DNA of 64,000 nt from Waddliaceae bacterium (lineage in GTDB: Bacteria > Chlamydiota > Chlamydiia > Chlamydiales > Waddliaceae): positions 256,001-320,000 of the forward strand of contig CAVRUH010000005.1 of assembly GCA_963724325.1 (NCBI GenBank). Reading direction: 5' to 3'. Made by a program: the position numbers and the translations under genes. Below, in pieces: positions 58,779 through 64,000 of the stretch. The notes under the pieces are model-generated. The model saw only the letters and a list, made by a program, of their open reading frames with translations. It was not told the DNA's origin and searched no databases. Within the stretch, counting starts at the first letter, position 1. The number at the start of each line of letters is the position of its first letter.

Positions 58779-59385
58779 GGTTTGAGTCCCATAATTTCAA
58801 AAACAAGAGCTCTTATCCATGCAGGAGCAAATTTCATGTTTTCTCTAATTTCTTTTTCAGTCGAGTCTTTAAGAAATTTTGCAATTCGTGCACGTGCTAT
58901 CTGGTCAATATGATCTTTTCCTAGATTTTTCAAAGCTTGAATCAAAAGACCTTCTTTAGTTCCTGCAGAAGACATAATTTTTTTTGTGGTCTTTTTAAAA
59001 ATGATTTCTTGATTGCCAATTTTAACTTTTCTAGATGGACCTTCAGTTAGAAATATAATCCGACCAGGAACTTGGTTAGAAAGACCAACTAAATTTGCCG
59101 CATGAGCTCCAGCAGGTTGAATTTGAACTCCGTTTTTTTCTGCAATTGCTTTAGCGACCTCATTTAAATCAGGAGGAATTATGCCCTAAAAGGTCATGCA
59201 TTTTCGGATAATCATAAACACCTTGCGCAAGCCTTCGGATGAAGTTTTGTTTTTGAAGCATGAGAGAGAGCTTTTCGAATAGAGGCATCGCTGCCCAAAT
59301 CGGAAAAATGCATGGGGGTAAAACACCATCCGCTGCCATGATCGATAATTCTATTTTTTACTGATATTTCAATACTTTGTCGCAT
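58775..59385 (-). pseudogene. AbiEi-like antitoxin (DUF6088 family), frameshifted
   Basis: Reconstructed MRQSIEISVKNRI...IRRLAQGVYDYPK...AHAANLVGLSNQVP...LIQALKNLGK...APAWI; stop overlaps toxin start. Confidence 0.8.
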
Positions 59386-59400
59386 TTTATTGCTCTCTCT

Positions 59401-59479
59401 TTTTCACAAACATAGCATATTTTTGTGAAAAATAGCAATGGATTCCATGTTTTCACAAAAATAGCATCTTTTTGTGAAA
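59401..59479. promoter_or_regulatory. Two inverted-repeat operators upstream of the AbiE-type operon
   Basis: TTTTCACAAACATAGCATATTTTTGTGAAAA (59401-59431) and TTTCACAAAAATAGCATCTTTTTGTGAAA (59451-59479). Confidence 0.75.
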
Positions 59480-59597
59480 TTTATGTATGATTATCAAAAA
59501 TATAGCTTCAGAATGCTTTAACTCGAAAGATTAAAGCCTTAATTTGGATTGGAAGTGAAGAGACGCATTTAGAATTTTCGACTGGGGAAACTTTTTC

Positions 59598-60110
59598 TCA
59601 AATATCTTTGATGGCTTCTAAATCAAATAAGTGGTTAGCCCAAGCTTTTTTAAATTGAGACTCTTCTCCCCGATCATACAATTCTTCGATTGAGGTGGTA
59701 GCCTTTTTCCTTATTTGATTAAATATGGCTGCGCGAGAATCAGAATGGTCAAGTCTAATGTTTTCAAACTGTTGAGAAAGCCACTTTTTATGCCTGTTAA
59801 GGTTGTGGTTTCGAGGGTCTTTAGACTTTGGGTCATTAATCATGAGAGCAAGACGTTGAGCGGATTCAGGAGAAAAGGTTTTTAAAAGTGTTTCCCAAGA
59901 CTTTGTATAAGATGTGGTTTCCCTCGTTTCATTTTTTGCATAGTATTGATGAAAGTCTCCAATATGAACAGGAGAGTGATCTCCTGAGCTTGCTCCCGCA
60001 TGTCCTTGCTGTGTTTTCGCTTTAGACGTGTAATTGGGGGAGTGAACTCTTTTAAAAGAGAACACTACTTTTAGAAATGCGCGAACTTTATCAATGATTA
60101 ATTTAAACAT
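59598..60110 (-). CDS. Hypothetical protein
   Basis: 170-aa ORF with RBS AAGGA; no recognised domain. Confidence 0.5.
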   Translation of the reverse strand: MFKLIIDKVRAFLKVVFSFKRVHSPNYTSKAKTQQGHAGASSGDHSPVHIGDFHQYYAKNETRETTSYTKSWETLLKTFSPESAQRLALMINDPKSKDPRNHNLNRHKKWLSQQFENIRLDHSDSRAAIFNQIRKKATTSIEELYDRGEESQFKKAWANHLFDLEAIKDI

Positions 60111-60304
60111 ATGGTCCTTTTAGTAGCTTTTGTCCTCGAGTTTTTATTTAAGTATTTCAATGTTGGGATTGTAGCATGGAAATCCAAAAAACTAAATAGT
60201 TTTTACCGCAGTTTCGTTCCGCTAGCGCGTAAATACTGCCGAATTGAGCTTTACGCAGTGGAAATTCTGGACAAAGTTTCTGATGTGTAAGTTGCTAAAA
60301 ACAA

Positions 60305-60332
60305 AAGGCTTCAGTTGTAAAACTGAAGCCTT
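60305..60332 (-). terminator. tmRNA terminator
   Basis: AAGGCTTCAGTT / AACTGAAGCCTT hairpin followed on the minus strand by a T-run. Confidence 0.8.
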
Positions 60333-60341
60333 AATACTTAT

Positions 60342-60747
60342 TGGAGGTGGAGAGAGTCGAACTCTCGTCCTAAGCAAACTCTATATTGCCCACTACATGC
60401 TTAGTGCTCTGTGTAAGACTAGCTTAGATGCAGAACACGACACTAAAGCTAGCTTGCTTCATTTAATCTCGACTTAATACCCTAGAAACGGCGAATATTA
60501 AGACACACCAAGTAAATTACGATAGTCCCCAAAACCCTCGGTCCAATTCTAGGCTATCGGTGCAGTCTAAACGGTTAAGCTTAGGCTACAGCAAGCTCTG
60601 CTTGTTCACAATCAAAAGAATCTGAACAAACAAATCTTTGTGCGTTTGTATTGGCACTTAATGTTTCATCGGATTATTAAAGAGGCCAACCGACGTCCTC
60701 TGCATGCGTTCAATACTTCATTCCCCAGTCGAAGCCAAATCACCCCC
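60342..60747 (-). ncRNA. ssrA: tmRNA; tag ANTNAQRFVCSDSFDCEQAELAVA
   Basis: 5' GGGGGTGATTTGGCTTCGAC; 3' GACGAGAGTTCGACTCTCTCCACCTCCA T-arm/acceptor; tag ORF 60655-60581. Confidence 0.95.
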
Positions 60748-60778
60748 GTATCTAGGTACCTTCATTATAACATAATGC

Positions 60779-61900
60779 CTAATTTCTTTCCAACATTTCC
60801 CAATAGAGGAGCGGAATAGCCGTTTCTAATTGCTGCCGAACCTGATTAATAATTTCTTTAGGAGCTTTCGAATAATAGGGAACTTTGCAACGGGCCTTTC
60901 TTGTCTCATTAAGAGTTCCTTCTTCATTAATAGACATGCATGGGACCATATAATAACCCCCTAGAAAATTGAAATCAATAACCCCTTTATCGTAACTCAT
61001 GATCATGGCAACTCGTATGGTGGGCTCGTATGTCTTATTATCCAGGTGGCGTACTTGAATTAGATCACTAGGATAGTACTTTTCAATAAGGAATGAATCG
61101 AACGGATCCTTAAACCAATAATTGTAGGAATTATCAGGGTGGGATTGCAATGTGGGTGTTTTTCTTAAAATAAATTGTAATGTCTCATCTAGGTTTTCTT
61201 TAGACACAATGATAACACCATCACCGAGGAACGCTCCTCGGGGTTTGATGACGTATAAATCGCTGGGTATTTCATTCTGGATGTCTTGAGCTAACTCTGG
61301 AGTGTATTGTTTTAGATAAAGCTGCCACGCGGGTTTGATATTTATAAGAGTGGAATTATTACGAAATAGGAGGCTCATTTTATACTTATCAATCCAGTAG
61401 GGGTGGGTTGCTGCGTCAATAATGATGATTCCCGGATAGTTTTCTTGAAAGTAGTCATAGGATCTTACCATCGAGGATTGGGAATAGATCATCGCTTGGT
61501 AGGATGCAATATCATTTGGATCAGTTGGAGGAATTTTTGCTATGTTGTCAAATTTGGGGTCCATGAGAATTGCGTGAAAGGAAGTCCTTTTTTCCCAATC
61601 TGGAGCACTTTGAATGACCTTGACCAAGTTTATAAAAGCAATGTGCTTAAGCACCGTCCATTTGGTCAGGGGAATTTTGGCGAATTCTTTTACGACTTTG
61701 GGTGCAAGAATACCATTTTCTCCATTAAGGAAGGCATCGGCAAAAAAAGTGGATAGGATTCCATGTTGAATCTCACAAATTTTAACCCCATGTTCTTGGC
61801 TGAATTTCAGGTCAGCAACAAAATACGAAACATCTACAGGATATTTGGACTCTGCGCTTAGTGTTGCACAGAATAATATGCAAAGTAATAATTTTTTCAT
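60779..61900 (-). CDS. Exported protein with ATP-grasp-like motifs
   Basis: Signal peptide MKKLLLCILFCATLSA; DKYKM, YVIKPRGAFLGDGVIIV, FLIEKYY. Confidence 0.55.
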   Translation of the reverse strand: MKKLLLCILFCATLSAESKYPVDVSYFVADLKFSQEHGVKICEIQHGILSTFFADAFLNGENGILAPKVVKEFAKIPLTKWTVLKHIAFINLVKVIQSAPDWEKRTSFHAILMDPKFDNIAKIPPTDPNDIASYQAMIYSQSSMVRSYDYFQENYPGIIIIDAATHPYWIDKYKMSLLFRNNSTLINIKPAWQLYLKQYTPELAQDIQNEIPSDLYVIKPRGAFLGDGVIIVSKENLDETLQFILRKTPTLQSHPDNSYNYWFKDPFDSFLIEKYYPSDLIQVRHLDNKTYEPTIRVAMIMSYDKGVIDFNFLGGYYMVPCMSINEEGTLNETRKARCKVPYYSKAPKEIINQVRQQLETAIPLLYWEMLERN

Positions 61901-62005
61901 AGCCTGAGTAAAACATAGCCGATATTTTATTTCAAATTAAATTGAGTGCTGGACGAAAACACCTGTAGTAGGTAGAATAGGGAGCACTTTATAGGGAAAA
62001 TTACC

Positions 62006-64000
62006 ATGTTTGATGAGATAAAAAAAGAGACTTTTGACGAGAGAGAAAAACGGATCCTTGACTTCTGGACCAAGAATAACATTTTTAATCGGTCAGTAGA
62101 TGAAAGGAAAAAATCACCATATTTTGCCTCCTACGATGGCCCTCCATTCGCCACTGGGCTTCCACATTATGGCCATTTTCTTGCTGGTACAATTAAGGAC
62201 GTGGTTTTCCGATATAAGACAATGAAGAATTTTTATGCACCGCGCCGCTTTGGATGGGACTGCCACGGTCTTCCCATCGAGTACGAAGTAGAAAAGGCAA
62301 AGAATTTTTCGGGCGCCGCTTCGATAAAAGAATTTGGGATCGCAAAATTTAATGAAGAGTGTAGAAAAATCGTTCTGAGGTACACTGAGGAGTGGAAAGA
62401 ACAGGTCAATAGAATGGGGCGCTGGGTCGACTTTTCGAACACTTATAAGACCATGGATGTGACGTTTATGGAATCGGTCTGGTGGGTTTTTAAGCAGTTG
62501 TATGCCAAAGGTTTGGTTTATCAGGGTTTTAAAGTGATGCCTTATTCGGCAAAATTGGGAACGCCGCTTTCAAATTTTGAAGCTGGTGAAAACTACCGGG
62601 AAGTGGACGATCCTTCCCTGACTGTCAGCTTTAAATTAAGGGATGAAGATGCTGAATTGTTAATCTGGACGACGACTCCGTGGACACTTATTTCAAACCT
62701 TGCGGTGATGGCACATCCAGAGATGGAATATGTTAAAATTCAGACTGGCGATAAGAAATATATTCTAGCGAAAAAAAGACTTCCAGAGTACTTCAAAGAG
62801 GAATCGGCGTATGCAATTCTTGAAACTTTCACCGGAAAAGAATTAGCTGGCAAGAGGTATGTTCCTCTTTTTGATTATTTCAAAGATCATGACGCTTTCC
62901 GTGTCATTCTTGAAGAAAGCATCACAATGGATGATGGAACTGGATTAGTCCACTCAGCACCTGCATTCGGAGAAGTTGACTTCTATGCTTGCCAAAGAAA
63001 TAAAATAGAATTGGTCTGTCCTGTAGACGAGAATGGCCAATTTACAAGCCAGATACCCGAGTATGCCGGTAAATTCGTCAAGGATGCCGATAAGGATATT
63101 ATGAGGGTGTTGAAGCAACGAGGCCATGTGTTTCATCAGGGCACTTTGCATCACCGTTATCCTTTCTGTTGGAGATCGGATACTCCATTGATCTACAAAG
63201 CCGTTTCGACATGGTTTGTGGCTGTGGAGACCTTCAAAGACAAGATTGTAGAGGCGAATAAGGAGATTCATTGGACCCCAGGACATTTGAAAGATGGCCG
63301 TTTTGGAAAATGGCTGGAAGGAGCTCGTGACTGGGCAATTAGCCGAAACCGCTATTGGGGAACACCTATTCCTATCTGGCGTGCTGATGATGGAGAGATC
63401 CACGTGGTCGAAAGTATTGGCGAACTCGAAAAGCTGACTGGATCGAAAATAACAGATTTGCACCGTCATTTTATTGATGACCTGACTTTCACCAAAAATG
63501 GCAAAATATTTAAGCGGATCGGCGAAGTTTTTGATTGTTGGTTTGAATCGGGATCAATGCCTTATGCGCAGAATCACTATCCTTTTGAAAATGACAAGGT
63601 TTTCGAGGGGATGTTCCCAGCAGATTTTATTGCTGAGGGGATTGACCAGACCCGTGCTTGGTTTTATACACTGATGATTCTCTCAGTGGCTCTTTTTGAT
63701 AAGCCCGCATTTAAAAATGTGATTGTCAATGGAATTGTTTTGGCTTCTGACGGCACTAAAATGTCGAAGAGATTAAGAAATTATCCTGATCCAATGGTTG
63801 TTGTACAAAAGTATGGTGCTGATGCTATCAGGCTTTATTTGATGCACAGCGGAGCAGTTAGAGCAGAGGATCTCCGCTTTATGGAATCGGGTGTAGAACA
63901 GGTTTTGAGGCAGATTTTAATCCCATTTTGGCATTCTTATAGCTTCTTTGTGACTTATGCGCATATCTACAAGTGGGAGCCGAAGGAAACATATGAACGT
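62006..64000 (+). CDS. ileS: Isoleucine-tRNA ligase (type 2), 5' part, runs off window edge
   Basis: YDGPPFATGLPHYGH (HIGH), GWDCHGLP, WTTTPWTL, DWAISRNRYWGTP, KMSKR; open frame from ATG 62006 to the end. Confidence 0.96.
   Translation, partial: MFDEIKKETFDEREKRILDFWTKNNIFNRSVDERKKSPYFASYDGPPFATGLPHYGHFLAGTIKDVVFRYKTMKNFYAPRRFGWDCHGLPIEYEVEKAKNFSGAASIKEFGIAKFNEECRKIVLRYTEEWKEQVNRMGRWVDFSNTYKTMDVTFMESVWWVFKQLYAKGLVYQGFKVMPYSAKLGTPLSNFEAGENYREVDDPSLTVSFKLRDEDAELLIWTTTPWTLISNLAVMAHPEMEYVKIQTGDKKYILAKKRLPEYFKEESAYAILETFTGKELAGKRYVPLFDYFKDHDAFRVILEESITMDDGTGLVHSAPAFGEVDFYACQRNKIELVCPVDENGQFTSQIPEYAGKFVKDADKDIMRVLKQRGHVFHQGTLHHRYPFCWRSDTPLIYKAVSTWFVAVETFKDKIVEANKEIHWTPGHLKDGRFGKWLEGARDWAISRNRYWGTPIPIWRADDGEIHVVESIGELEKLTGSKITDLHRHFIDDLTFTKNGKIFKRIGEVFDCWFESGSMPYAQNHYPFENDKVFEGMFPADFIAEGIDQTRAWFYTLMILSVALFDKPAFKNVIVNGIVLASDGTKMSKRLRNYPDPMVVVQKYGADAIRLYLMHSGAVRAEDLRFMESGVEQVLRQILIPFWHSYSFFVTYAHIYKWEPKETYER

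Noticed and set aside
59577..59589. 13-bp match (TTCGACTGGGGAA) to the tmRNA 5' region as a possible att site
   Set aside because: Inverted orientation, from the 5' rather than the 3' end, and short enough to be chance.
60244..60477. 77-aa plus-strand ORF
   Set aside because: Antisense to the tmRNA 3' half and its terminator.

Overview
AT-rich bacterial DNA, most likely from an environmental member of Chlamydiota (inferred from the long tmRNA tag, the type-2 IleRS, and many eukaryote-like effector candidates). The first ~28 kb looks like an unusual secondary-metabolism locus. It has a truncated ACP-ketoreductase PKS gene, a FAD aromatic hydroxylase, two paralogous phenolic flavin halogenases with a cation/H+ antiporter, and a split PEP-synthase-type phosphotransferase plus a metallophosphoesterase. 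Bacillithiol genes (bshC, bshA, bshB1) are interleaved. Two cytochrome P450 cassettes each carry a redox partner with tandem cyclic-nucleotide-binding (cNMP) domains fused to a BFD-type [2Fe-2S] domain, one with and one without a reductase module. Between the cassettes lie a 70-aa 8-Cys peptide and a cNMP-cNMP-PqqD/RRE-M50 peptidase, the best candidate for an undescribed cNMP-controlled system. The rest holds effector-like genes (OTU, CX5R, PAM2+DUF1917, ankyrin, Inc-like), a cyoABCD operon, a serine dehydratase/cyclodeaminase operon, an AbiE-type TA pair beside tmRNA, several MITE/REP-like palindromes and operator arrays, and the 5' part of ileS. Three patches of single-base frameshifts are more likely sequencing errors than true pseudogenes. 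All family calls come from motif recognition by eye; no database searches were run.
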